DNA of 64,000 nt from Balanoglossus misakiensis (Eukaryota > Animalia > Hemichordata). Position 1 is the stretch's first letter, and each line of letters starts with the position of its first letter. The notes below the pieces were generated by a model. It worked only from the letters and a program-made list of their open reading frames with translations, was not told where the DNA came from and did no database searches. Where the stretch lies: NCBI GenBank assembly GCA_040954595.2, contig CM082580.2, positions 2,966,783-3,030,782 of the forward strand. The letters run 5' to 3'. Shown here piece after piece: positions 1 through 12,800 of the stretch. The position numbers were made by a program, and so were the translations under genes.

Positions 1-394
1 ATAGCAATGTGTGCATTTTTGGATGTTTGTCGTACGACCAAGGTCTGTGACCCGTAAACAAATAAACAACATTGTCCAATCAAAGATGGGGTTGTGATGA
101 CATCATTGTAGTGTGGCCTGTTCGCAAAACAAGCAATATCATTTGCAATTGATGGTCGTTTTTTTCTGGTGTTCACGATGATTTATCCTAAAATGTGATT
201 AACACTATAATAATAACTGAGCCCCATGGCCAGATCGTGCAAGCAAGACGTAGCGCTGGTGTTTGCACTCGTGCTGGCGGTGTAATGCAAATGTTCTGCA
301 TATTTTGCCCTTGACGCATGCAAATAGTGGACTGATTTCGCTTCCTTCCATATTTCATGCGCACTGTATAAGTAGGCTTTAGTTTTTCTCCTTC

Positions 395-558
395 TTTTCA
401 CCCAATTTGCTGTCTTATCCTGATCCCTGCCGCAGACTATGGTTGGCGCCATAGTGTCCATTCTTAGGACAGCACACTGCCTTATGCCATTGACTGTATA
501 TAATTTCTGTAACCAGAGTCTCTGGTTGATGTGCATAAGACGATTGTCGCCCTTTCAA
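395..558. repeat. Interspersed repeat fragment, second copy at about 1961-2134 (probable end of a TTAA-TSD DNA transposon)
   Basis: Shared TTTTCACCCAATTTGC...TTAGGACAGCACACTGC...TGTAACCAGAGTCTCTGGTT...GCATAAGACGAT in two SUPT5H introns. Confidence 0.6.
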
Positions 559-693
559 GGGACATGCACACCAAATATGACAGTAGTATGACTAGTGGCT
601 TATGTTAAGAAGGCGACTGGTGATCATTAATGTTCATGGGCTACGAACTGACTTGATAAATGAAACCATACATTTCTAGAAAAAACTTTTCAC

Positions 694-3600
694 CTGATAG
701 AATCCACATCAAACAATTTCTGTTGTGGTTTCTTGTTTTTCTTTCTCTTCTCCTGGATATCTGTTGCTGAGCGCACCAAACCTCTGGGCCTGGTGTAATC
801 AACACGTGGGATTAACTTGAGAGTAACCTGGTTCTGAGCTGGTTCTACATAATCAATCTGAAATAGGACCATAAACAATCTGTAAATCTGGACCACCAGA
901 AAGTGCAGCTGAGCTTCTTACAAGTATCCTGATGTGAACAACTGGACAAGCTCTGACTCAAAATTATCTCTGTGACCAGCTTATTCCCAAACAATACCAG
1001 ATAAGATTGCCTAAGGTACTGAAAACAGTTTTACATGTAAAGTATCAGTTTTACATGTAAAGTATTCTGATCAGTATTTCTTCAGTTAATTTTTTTTTAA
1101 ATTTTGAAGTGGAACTAACGAAACTAAACAAAGCACAGTTAGCTGTCAGTGTGTGAGACAAATTTGGACAATGTCAAATAGGTCATATCACCACCTAGTC
1201 TTCTGCATCATGAAAAAATTACGAAAATATATATGCAGTTGTCCCACTGAAAATCACATTACCTATAATCAAATATTTGGTTTGATAAATACCTGTGCAA
1301 GATCATCTTTGAATACACCTCTTTTCAAGCGGACCCATGATTTAGGTTTCAGCGTTACGACCTCCTTCACGACTTTGAGTACATCTGGCATTTCCTTGAT
1401 AGGAACCATCTGTTGTGTCCACAGACCCATTCTTAAATTACCAACACCCTCTATAGTGTGCTTGACATGGGTTTGCTTGAAGGCTTCTATGTAGATATAA
1501 CCTTTCAGTCCTTCAACAGCAACCACTGATTTGATTTGAAGAGGCTGAAATAAGAAGTAATCATGTAATTCGGAACATGTACCGCATTGTGTTGCATCAT
1601 TGCCCATGTGTCGTAAAGGGCCCATCCCCACCTTTCATTGAAAGTGTCAAGTTGAGGTAATATTTTGGTAACAACCCATCCCGATTTTTAAAAGCATTTT
1701 AGGGGGAAAGATAAATAAAAATATTTGTGTGTGATCCCATTCTTTCTATAGTTCCTTTTCTCTTGATTTGGGCCTTTTTGATTTTTTAGTGTATTGTCAT
1801 GTTTATTGTACCTGTAAAGATGTATTTAGCTGCAAGTGGACAAATGTACAGGGTTTTTGTGAAGGGTGGTACTCAGGTAAATGTTACCTGGGTTCCCCAG
1901 TCATTTTCTTGTGGTTCCCCTTTTTATATCAATGCAGTCATATCTAGATTTTAGTCCCTTCTTTTCACCCAATTTGCGGTCTTTTCCCGATCTCCAACAC
2001 AGACTGTGGTCGCTGCCATCTTGTCTGTTGTTAGGACAGCACACTGCTTTATGGCATTGACTGACAAGTATACTATTTTTGTAACCAGAGTCTCTGGTTT
2101 GGCACACACGCATAAGACGATCGTCGCTCTTTAACTGCTGCTGAACAAAAATATAGAAATAAGGATCAACAGCTACGATTTCTGTAATGGCTAGTTGGTA
2201 TGTTTGACTATGTAATCTGACTGCTTATTCACGTATCTTACCTCATCCTTTTGATGTGTATAAGCAATGTATTTTCTCATCAAAGCTATGGCAGTGGCTT
2301 TCTCTTCACCAATCTTACATTTCACCATCCATAAATTTGGATCCCTGGTTGGAAAGAATTATTGTCAGTCAATAAAACTCTATATGAACTAGCTTGTTCA
2401 AACTTTAACTTTACGTTTACAGATAACACATTTGAACTTAAATGTGTAGGTGTACATGGCATAGAAGCTGGAATGAAATGGTTTCTCCAAATGGCACTGT
2501 GATGACCTTCACTCAAGGTTTCAATGTTTTTGGAAAGCATTGATAATTTACAACAAATTGAACACAAATTGCTTCAAATAATTTACAAAGATTTTTCATG
2601 TTCTTACAAAATTTCAAACATGCTTTTTCAAATGTAATTTAAAAATACCAGGAAATTTGTCGTAAACCACTCATCCAAAACTTGTCGCTCCCTTTTTCCT
2701 CAATTTTATTAAATATATCCCTAATTGCAAATCGATCCCACACTCTCATGTACTTGAAGTAAGACATGTGCCCTGATTGGATAATAAACGTTTTTTGACT
2801 AACACATGCAATATGCTATCCAATGGCACAATGTGTAGTACATGAACAGGAAACACAATGTGCTAGATGACTGACAATGATGCACTGATTCTTTCATTTT
2901 TTGAGTGATAATCTTTTCTCAAACTCTTGGCCGCTGGGAGTGTGGGATCGAGAGTGTGGGATAATATTAATCCCAGGTCCAGGGATGTGTGAGATGAGTT
3001 TGTCTGTTTTCTCATCCATAACCACTGTGGTCAACTTACTTGACACCAGGCAGTAATCCTTGCTGTGTGATGTCATCTGACATCTCATATTCTCCTTCAT
3101 AACGACCACTAACGGAGCTATCCGCATACTTCCTCTTGTAGTATTCCTCAATTTCATCTTCTTTTTGCTCTCTGAGATGAAGAAAAGAATTGTGTCAATG
3201 TTATACTTAAACCCCAAATTTGATCAAAACTGATATATTAATAGTAACATAGAGTATTCGGCATGTTTCGATCTTCTGATCACTTTCCCTAAATGTTCTG
3301 ACAAATTCAAAGAATGCATAGATACGAAAATAGTTTTTATTAGAAGGCAAATTTCTAGTCATTCATAGTCTACTTTCATTTACTCTTTACTTTTCAATGT
3401 ATCGTTGTTTGTACTATCAAAGAGCCCAAAGATCTGCAGATACTTACCGCCACATTTGATGCAATCGTCTGGCACCATGACTATCACCTTCAAATTCATT
3501 GGCTACTGTATTCCTGTCAATCAAATCCTGAAATCCCTCCTCCACTTCTTCCTCTTCTTCATTGGTATCATAGTCATCGTCAACATCTGAAAGAACACAT

Positions 3601-4925
3601 CATACCAACATTTTCTTATTACATGAATCAGTCCATGATCATTAACCCTAAAGCTGGCAAGTCAGTTGAAACTGGTTTGATTTCCAGGGTGCCTAAAATC
3701 CTGGCTCCCAGGCCTGTTACACTGCCAAGTGTGTGTTATTCAGTAGGGCCTATACAAGACCCTCAGACCAATCCAGTGCAAACCAGTGCGATTTGGTACA
3801 TTTTACAGGGGGCTCAGACTGCCAAGTGTGTCTAAGTACGTATGAGAGCAATGCCAATACAGTCAAAATACGTTTCTATGGGATGACTCTTACCAGCTTC
3901 TTCTAAGATAAAACCACCAAATCTTGATTTCTTTCTTGGATGTGACTCGTTCTCTTCATCTTCTTCAGAATCATATTCATCTTCTTCCTCTAAGAGGTCT
4001 TCATCTTCCTCATCCCGGTTGCCACGACTACCAGTATTGCTGCCTACATCACTATTTGCATCTTGATTTCCAGCATCGCTTTCATTGCCACTGTTTTCAG
4101 CTTCCTGCAGATCAAGTTGTCAGAAACTGTAACTTTTGAAGAAGGCTTTACTATACTATTTTTTTTGCTTGTTCACATGTAACAACCACAGTTATGTGTT
4201 CCAGAATCCAAAGTATGTTGAAACACCTCCCTAAAGTAGTTAAAGGGTAGTGGTCACTTGCTTTTCGCAAAATGGTATCGCGCACATCATGTTGGGTGGA
4301 AGTTAGACCTGGCCCCTTTTTCCCATGATTCAAAATAAAGTAAATGCCATATTGTAAATTCTGCCAATTTCCCCCCATTTTTTTGTAAAAAGATCGCGCA
4401 TAGCAAAAACATAGCAAAAATGTTTTTCCTGAAAAAGTGACATCAAAGCTAGCTCTTTATGTAGAAATCAGCTGGACTGAACTTTCCTTTTAATTATTTT
4501 ACAACCTCCAACCGCATATTTTTCCCCACTCTGTGATTTGACTACAGAGTTTCATTATCCTCATATCTAGTGCCTTCTATGGGTATAATTATCTGTACCC
4601 ATAGAAGGTGCTGGTGTGGGACAGAAAATCCCCAACTCGTGGGAGAAATAGGATTCCAGGTCCTTGGGAGTGTGAGATTCTATCATTCTCCTCTTCTGTG
4701 GAAAATTGTCATTTCGGAAAATGTAAACAGAAATTTAAAGCTGAAACTTAATATTTATGAATGGAGATGATGTCGCTAACAGTCTATACAAACATATGAA
4801 GGTAATATCAGCTCATAACAAAATTGGCTGGATTGTAAATTGAATCTCACCTCAGCTTCACTGTTCTCGTTGAAACTGTGATCACTCTCTGCATCAGAAA
4901 AGGCACTGCCTTCACTGTCAGACAT
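694..4925 (-). CDS. SUPT5H: Transcription elongation factor SPT5 (DSIF large subunit), first 7 coding exons; gene continues past the left edge
   Basis: Minus-strand GT-AG exons in consistent frame: 4925-4851, 4104-3894, 3586-3448, 3171-3040, 2344-2242, 1544-1293, 857-694. Translation has an acidic N-terminus ([33 protein letters not shown]), [26 protein letters not shown], the NGN domain ([16 protein letters not shown]) and KOW1 ([21 protein letters not shown]...LKLIPRVDY). Confidence 0.96.
4244..4488. mobile_element. Partial TTAA-flanked MITE related to 24258-24522 and 53269-53877
   Basis: Shares GAAAAAGTGACATCAAAGCTA...ATGTAGAAATCAGCTGGACTGAACTT terminal sequence and CCCATGATT subterminal sequence; TTAA on both sides. 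Confidence 0.6.
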
Positions 4926-5455
4926 CTTCGATTACCTAATTTAGCAAAAGAATGGTATGCATTTAAAAAAATCAGTTGTCTCATCCCAGTTTATACACAA
5001 AAAAAGTGCACTGCTCAACAATATTTGCCAGTGTTTCAGACAATTTTAAAGATGGTTGCAATGTTTCCTCTGAGAGCACGTCCACGCAAATAATAAACCT
5101 GTTCCCCCTAAAATTTCAGGTGTGGGCCACAGGGTATGGCATCAATTTGCTGCAGACTTCTATACAAAGAGAAATTACCGGTCAACAGTTTTTGGAATGA
5201 ACTACCGAACTACAGTGCATTGCCCTGTCAGGCAACAGTTCCAAAAATGGTTGCCTGGCTTACGTTGGAAAGCACCATTTACGCGTGCACTCCTGAAAAT
5301 GTAAACTTAGAAGATGGTGATCTGGTATGGGACCCGGCCCAACTTGATGACGGCAGACTGTTTTGGCGAGACTAAAAGTCCCTCGGGGAAACAAATGTAT
5401 ATGCTGGCCTATTACCCCAGATTTGAACAACGTATTCATAATGTAATGACTATTG

Positions 5456-5539
5456 TAGTCTAGTACCTAGCCGCATATTTTGTCCGCTTTGCTTCCAAAA
5501 CTAAGCAAAGCGGACAAAATACGGCTAGGTACTAGATTA
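5456..5539. mobile_element. 84-bp hairpin element with TAG...TTA termini and an imperfect 9-bp TSD
   Basis: TAGTCTAGTACCTAGCCG..ATTTTGTCCGCTTTGCTT pairs with AAGCAAAGCGGACAAAATACGGCTAGGTACTAGATTA. Flanks TGACTATTG / TGACTAATA. Confidence 0.7.
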
Positions 5540-5561
5540 TGACTAATAGTACGTCCACGCT

Positions 5562-5671
5562 TAGCTACAGTTCAGTATATCTAGGATTTAATTTGTTTTT
5601 GCGACAGGGCAAAACCAGGTTATGCTGCCCAACACACAAACAAGGCAAAATCGAGCTCCTAACTGGAGCTA
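5562..5671. mobile_element. Short TAGCT...AGCTA element related to 30982-31084
   Basis: TAGCTACAGTTCA start and CAAGGCAAAA(C)TCGAGCT..TAACTG(G/A)AGCTA end shared with the RAB18-intron copy. No clear TSD. Confidence 0.6.
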
Positions 5672-6279
5672 GTGCTAATCCAGGCTTTGCTGTGATGAGT
5701 GATAAAAATAAATTTACAGCCTTGGGCTGAGCATTGAGAAACTGTACAGGCGTGCATTGAAAACAATGGAAGGCAGTTGGGTTCCCACGCTGATTATTTT
5801 TCGTGTGGGTGCAAAATATGTCGTGTCTTCTACCCGCAACTACGTTAGACGATTCTTATATTGGTACGAGATTACTTCCGGACTGTTGGCCGACAACATG
5901 CACATATGACGCATGACGTAAACAGCGCAGTGACCATAACACATGGCACAAGTGACATCCAGTATTTTAAGCACAGAAAGCATTCCTTAATCCGTATATA
6001 ACGTATATCACATTGTATTAAATTAAGTATCCGCTTGGGCAAGCACAAAGAATAGCAAAAATAAACGACAACTCAAAATGGACGGAAAGGCTTCGTCTTA
6101 TTCGCAGTCACGATTTGCCCTCTTGAGGCCTCATTTAGTAAACTGGTTTCCACTGCATGAACAGAAGTGGCGATGCCTTTGTTACAAATTCTCAACCCAG
6201 CCGCATTTACGGCGACTGTAATGTATAAAATTGGCTTAAAAGGGATTAACACCAAAACTATAACGATTTATGCACCCAC

Positions 6280-6816
6280 CTTTGCAAACGTGAAGAAGAC
6301 GCCACCTGCTTACTAAAATTAGTACAACTCGTTTTGAACCAATTTGCTGATGTAGGAAGTGCCCCTTGCCACAAAATCTATGGTTGCCCAAGTGTAGCTA
6401 TGCGCCAGAGAATGGGAGAATGGTGAGAACGTTAAAACATCAGTAATGGCAGTAAAACATTATTGACGGCAATTTAAAAAATTTACATAGTTCAGAAATC
6501 TTCAATAATTGGATTGTATTAGTCAATATTCTGTAAAGACTAAATATTAAATACCGAATTATTTTATTTCTTGAGCCCTTTTCGGCTACCATATGCAGTG
6601 ACGTCATGACTGCGCAGTCGCATTCCTCAATTTTCTTAGTCGCCATATTAGATACCAGGGCGTAAGGATGTGACAATGACTGCGTGGAAAATTTCCAGAT
6701 TTCTTCGCGTGAAAAGGAGCAAGAAAGCAGCATAAACACTACAAGTATACACCTTATGAGCTCTAGAACACACCAGTACCGTTAGTATATGCGGTCACAA
6801 CTTTTAACTAGGCGAA
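6280..6816. promoter_or_regulatory. Probable bidirectional promoter between SUPT5H and ZC3H4/6
   Basis: Divergent genes with more CpG than the flanks. CRE palindrome TGACGTCA at 6599-6606 and YY1-like CGCCAT at about 6641. Candidate minus-strand donor AG|GTGGGT at 6280/6279 for a non-coding SUPT5H exon 1 (inference). Confidence 0.55.
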
Positions 6817-9800
6817 ATGGCTCTTGAAAGCCTGTTTGAAATCCCCCCACCCTTAGTGAACGGTGATGAAAAGAAAGAAACAGAACAGGTCGAGAATGAA
6901 AGGTCAAGTAACGCTCTGTGGATTTAATACCGATATTTTCAGTCTTACGGCGGATTTTTGTTGTCTCCTAATAGGTAAACTCGGTATTTTGAGGGGGAAT
7001 TTCCTGGAAAAAGGTCATTGCGGGTAAGCTGGCATAAATTATGCAAATTGAGTGCATAATTTATGTAAATTGAGAGTGACTGATGTGTGGTCAGCTGGTA
7101 CAGTACACCATGTTGTAATGTACAGCACAGCACTTCAAGATCATTCTGTTCTCAGTATATTGGTATGCTGTAGCAGGGATACTTTCACTTTCTGTGCGTA
7201 CTTCTAATATCTCTTTTTTAATTGTAAACTTGTAATATTTTGTTCACCATTGAACCAATAGCTGTTGGCTGAGGCATCTCTGGCTTCCCCCAACTGTTAA
7301 AACACCCTTTGCAGCCATGTAGGTGATACTGCCAAGGTATCTCTCTTGTATGTGTATTTGAGCAGTTGCGATCGTGACATCAGACGTATTTTACACTTAC
7401 AGAAATATCCAATTTAACGTGGGTGCATGTGAAGAAAGATCAGAATCTGAATTTTTTAGATGACTTGCAATGTGTTACAAATTGGACATACAACATGAAT
7501 GTTGTATAGAGTACGCCGAACATATTTTTTTCATTCCTTCCGCCATTGCTTGGAATTTTTTTTTTTTTCGTTAATTCATTGAGTTCCCCTCTTTCCTAAG
7601 GTAGCACATTGAAGTGCTGTATTGAGGAAAATATTGGCATGCAAGTTAAATAACAAAATGTCTATGCAGGGTGTTTCAAATTTTAGAAGAAAATTTATAA
7701 ACATAAGAAAATTAAATAGACATGGAATATGGTAGATAAAACACCAGACTTTGGTTAATATTGGAAGTACCATTTCAAGTCACTTATTTAAATCTTTTAT
7801 ATTTCATAATATATTTGAAGGAGAAAATTGTGAGATTATTTTATAATTTCGGATTATAGAAACAATACTGATGTGTAAACACTAGTAGTTTTTCTATCTA
7901 ATATCAGTCTGATATTTTGCTAAAATATACAGATAACTGAGTACACAGGCAAAGCATGTTATAAAATAATATTATATAATCCATTAAAATAAATGGATAG
8001 CATGAAATTTGTTGTTTTAAAGATACTGAGAAAAAATCCTAACATTTTAATCAAGTAGTCGGCTATGCTTTATGCATCAATGCAATTTGAGAAATTAGTA
8101 ATTGCAACTTTCTGTTTGCCACAATGGCGAAACGTGACATTGAGAGTTTTTCTTTGTTAATTTTAAATGACTTCAAAGTTGCATTTTCTTCCATTGAATG
8201 TTTTGGGAAGTTTCTCATTCCTTGCCATTTTGACATTTTGGTATAAATTCTTGCCTGGCCTTTTGAAGCTGGTTAAACAGCAGCTAGTGCATTTTAATAT
8301 GACCTTTGACCTTATGCTAATAACCATGTCCTCTGTAAATGCCCTTTGACCATATCGTACAAACTCAAAATGGTCACTGTACTCTGTACGTAATGAAAGC
8401 GTATACAATGTAGTAACCATGTCTGCTTGCATGGTTGTATGGAAGTAACAAAGGCCTTTCATCCTTTTGAACTATACATTGAGTATTTGGAAGAAAAAAA
8501 TTGATAGTGATATTTTATTCAAAACACAAAAACACTTTACAAACAATTTGTTTTGTCTAGCAAAGTAGCATGATCTTATTAAAACCTAATATCATTTGAA
8601 ATAGGTCACATGGAAACCATATTCCCCCAGAATTTCTGATTGGATATTGACTTATTAGCATAAAATGCATTGATATGATAATAACTGTTTTCACAAAATT
8701 AAAAGGAAATGGTGGATACCATTTAATTGCTAAGGAGAGGGTATTACCTCCCCTAGTTACTTTAAAAAAATCAAAAGTCAAATTCAGGTGATGTTTGTCC
8801 CTTTGGTGAGTGGTTTATAAATATACAAAATACACATACCATGAATAGAACTACTGTAAAACGGGTTATTTTCGCGAAATACCCAAGAGCCAAAAAACTT
8901 TGAACTGTGGCATTCTGAGCATAAGCAATTTATCTAAGCTAAAAAAGAAAATGTTTTATCCTAAATGTACTAAAGTTGCTTTAAATTTTACCAACTAGCC
9001 ACAATCTAAAAAAGATATGTATGCAACAACCACTTTGTTTTGTTTGTAGTCTTATCAAGTCCTGCATAGTTCCTAAAATCTTTCAGGGTGGGGGGCAATT
9101 GCCACCATGTTGGCTGTCATGAGGTGGTAGAATTTGCAGATGCATGTGTCTATCTAAGGTAGTAAGCATCCACAGGCTTAGATCTGATATTCCTGAACCA
9201 ATTTCACTTCAACTTGACTCAAGGTTAGGTCCATATAGTATAATATACATATGCAGATCATTTTATTTGATAAATCCAATAATTTTCATATGGTTGCAAG
9301 GTAGCCATTTTTGAAATGTTTCGTGATGTCCAAATATTGTGAATTGGTTTCTTTCTTAAAGTTAAACAGATAACACAGGACAAAAAATGGCACATGCCAA
9401 TTGAAGACTGTTTTTTTGCACATGCATAGTTTAGGGATTTAGTGGCACTTGTCTGTTACTCTTGAATGCACATATAAGTAGAAGTACTCCTGTCACACAC
9501 TCTACACCATGCACTGTGATGTCACACACAAATTTTCGCAAATGCTTCCTGTTAATACAATTAAACTAAAGGGACACAATCATCATCTTGGGTTATGACA
9601 TTTATAAAAAAACTGATATGCAGAATTATAAAGCTGTTACCACTAGCAACACTAGTTTGCAAAAAGGCAATGTGGACAAAAATATGTTCATGAACAAAAT
9701 ACAGAGCTCTAGAAAGGTAAATTTTAAGGGGACCTCATTGTGACAAAACAGTCTGTCACAACTGTTCAAGTGCTGCTGGTAAAACTGAACATAATGTCAT

Positions 9801-12800
9801 TAAAGTGGAGAATGGAAAATTCAAGCATACATTTATTAATATGTTTCAAGCTACAATGATTGCTGTGACTTCCATAGCAACTGCGTGACAAATACTGACA
9901 TCCCTGCCAACCACATAACCCATAAATGTGACTGTGCATCATTTGTATAATTCAATCAAGAAATTGCTAATTGGGGACCGATTTCCCAAAATGTGATTCA
10001 AAAATTGTGATCTTAAAGCCCCTGTAGCTGCAGTAACCTATGGCCATTTAAAGGGGATATTAACCCCAAGTTTCAGGGTACAAAAGAGATTTCAAAAATT
10101 CCATTGTTGCGATGAATTCATTCACTAGTCACTTCCCATGTACAGAGTCAGCTGCCTACATGTACTTTAAGTTGAAAATACAAAATTGACCTTATGTTGC
10201 AATCGGAGAAATCGGCATTGTCGGCTATTGCAAGAAATATCACTTTCTGCACTACACTAGAATCGCTTTCCTCTGTCTGTTCTGTCTCTTGGTCTTAGAT
10301 TGTGAGCTCTGGCTCAAAATTGTAACCTACTATCGGAGTACCTGTGGCCATTACGTCGTAGATCTTGTGGAAACGGATGTTTGCAATAACTTTAACAAAG
10401 CCCAGTGGGAAATTTGTCCTATAATTTTTCTTGTTTCAATTTGACAATCATTTGACAAAAGCTTATAAGCAGCCAAGAAATCTCTACTGAGCAACCACAC
10501 TGTAATATGCTAAAGGGTGGACCATTTAAAAGTCTAGGGGGGGGGGGGTCTGGAAGTTTTAAAAAAAAGATTCCCAGCAAATGTCAATGAAAAAAATCAG
10601 CCAGCCAGAGAGAGCTCGGAAAATAAAATAAGATGATGCATTTGGGTGAAAGGAAAAAAAATCCATCAAATGTTACTTTCTGGAACGCATTTATTCATTT
10701 TCCAGGTGTCCTTCAGGTGCAAATTGTGTAAGATATACTATGTTTCTTTGGCCGAATTGAGAAGGGGAGTTACACGAGTACAATAGATGTATTGCAATTA
10801 GGCCACCCAGAGACAAGGTCAAAGATGTCTTCTAGAATTATTTTTAGAATAATTCAATTGTGAATTCAACTGACTATCTTTAAAATTGCTGTTTTCAGAT
10901 GTTCAATGGGAACTTTTTTTATCATCTAAATTACACTCAGTTCCTGAGGCGTAAACAGTTGAAATTTTACACATTATGTCTCAACGGGTTTCTGATGTAC
11001 ATTTTCATCCATGTGCTGTAAAGGACTGGACATTTTTGTCGTTGGAAAAAAATTCCTACCCAAATAATAAAAAAAGTTGGCAGAAATTAGAGAGTGAAAT
11101 AAATGACTGGTGGATCTGGTACAAAAAAACATCTAATGCCACCTCATCAATCTCCTAGACCAGGTCCACCCCCAATGCTGTAGCTACAGCAAATCTGCAA
11201 GGTGTGTAGATCTGGGTATTAAAAGCAAAAAAAGATGAATTAGCTCATGGCCAGTAGGTGTTAATTGGGTTTTGATTCTTAAAATGCTCATTTCTCAATC
11301 TGTAACGACAAAAACATATCAAACATATAAGACCTACATTGGACTGTCTGTTTGTCCTTGTGTCTGTAGCTATGAATCAGACATGCATAAACTGGTTTTC
11401 TTCCAACTTGGCACAAGGACAACAGATAGTGACATACTAATCCTATCAGTGTGTGTGAGTGCGTGTGTATTATGATCCAATATAACAGCCAAAGGGCAAT
11501 TTAGTTTTTCCATGTCTGCAGCCATGATGCAGACAGGTGTCAACCAACTTTGATCAATATATGGCGCACATTTGCTCATCAATTTGTATCTAAATACATG
11601 GTATTCAATAAGTAGCCTTTTTATTTTTGTGTGGAGCCATTACTCAGATGTGCCAGAACTGCTTTCATTTCAAACCGGCAAACGTGTACACAACAGTATA
11701 CATGTATGATTGTAATATTTCAGTGTGGCTGCCATTTTGGAACAGGTTCTTTAAATATTACTTTCTGCAATGTTTTTCCTAAATGTTTTGTTTGATCCAG
11801 TGAGGACTATGCGCAACTTCGTAATCAGCTTTGTCTAAAATCAATATTTAACTTATTAAGTATACAGTCATCTATACAAATTTGACCACTGTTACTATGG
11901 AAAATCAAAATATAGGCAATAAAAAATTTGCAGTGGGTGGCTCACGTGAAAAAAAGTATGCCACCGCATGGTCTGCAATATTTATAACTCAAATTAATTA
12001 TTTACAAAAACTAACAAAAATAATGGCAGAAATTTGCATACTAGGGCTTCATAAACATGCATTTTGATTAATGGGAAACAAAGTGGCAAGCTTTGTGTTT
12101 TCATCACATAATAGGGCTGGGTCTATATTCTGATGTACACAAATTGTACAATATTGTAACATTACCTTTAGGAGACAACAACATTTAAAGGGACAAAGTC
12201 TCTCTCTCGCTGCCCTTTTTCCATTTAATTAATAATTATGTTTGATACAAGACACCATTTTATATTATTCTACATGTCAATATATAGTGAATCAACATTC
12301 AACCGCACACACCTTCCATCCCACTTGTAGACACAAGAGTGAATTAACTCGCCAAAATGAATAATCGGTCTTTACCATTTATTCAATTTGAGATGGAAGT
12401 TGTGTGTGGTCGAACATTGATTCACTATACATCCACATGTAGAATAACATTAACAGCCATAATTATATCAACAACCATAATTAATGGAAAAAGGGCAGCG
12501 AGAGAGACAATTTGTCCCTTTAACTTCTTGGCATACTATCATATTTCAGTAAATCAGCTATAGTTTTTGTTGAGCTTCATAAGTATGTTGTAAAGCTCTG
12601 TATATGACTTGATGATACATGTACATTCTTGATCAACATTCTGGATACAGTTTTGTGGACTGTTGATCTTAGCTGGGATTTGCCAGCAAAAGTTTGTACT
12701 GTGAGCAAAAGTTGCCATAAAATGATCAGTTCAAACTGATAGTGGCTGTCATTGAAAAGCATGGCTTTGTTACGATAGTGGCTGCAATTGAAAAGCATGG

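Noticed and set aside
1026-1065. 20-bp tandem duplication; a similar 36-bp one at about 12738-12807
   Set aside because: Ordinary intronic slippage duplications with no further structure.
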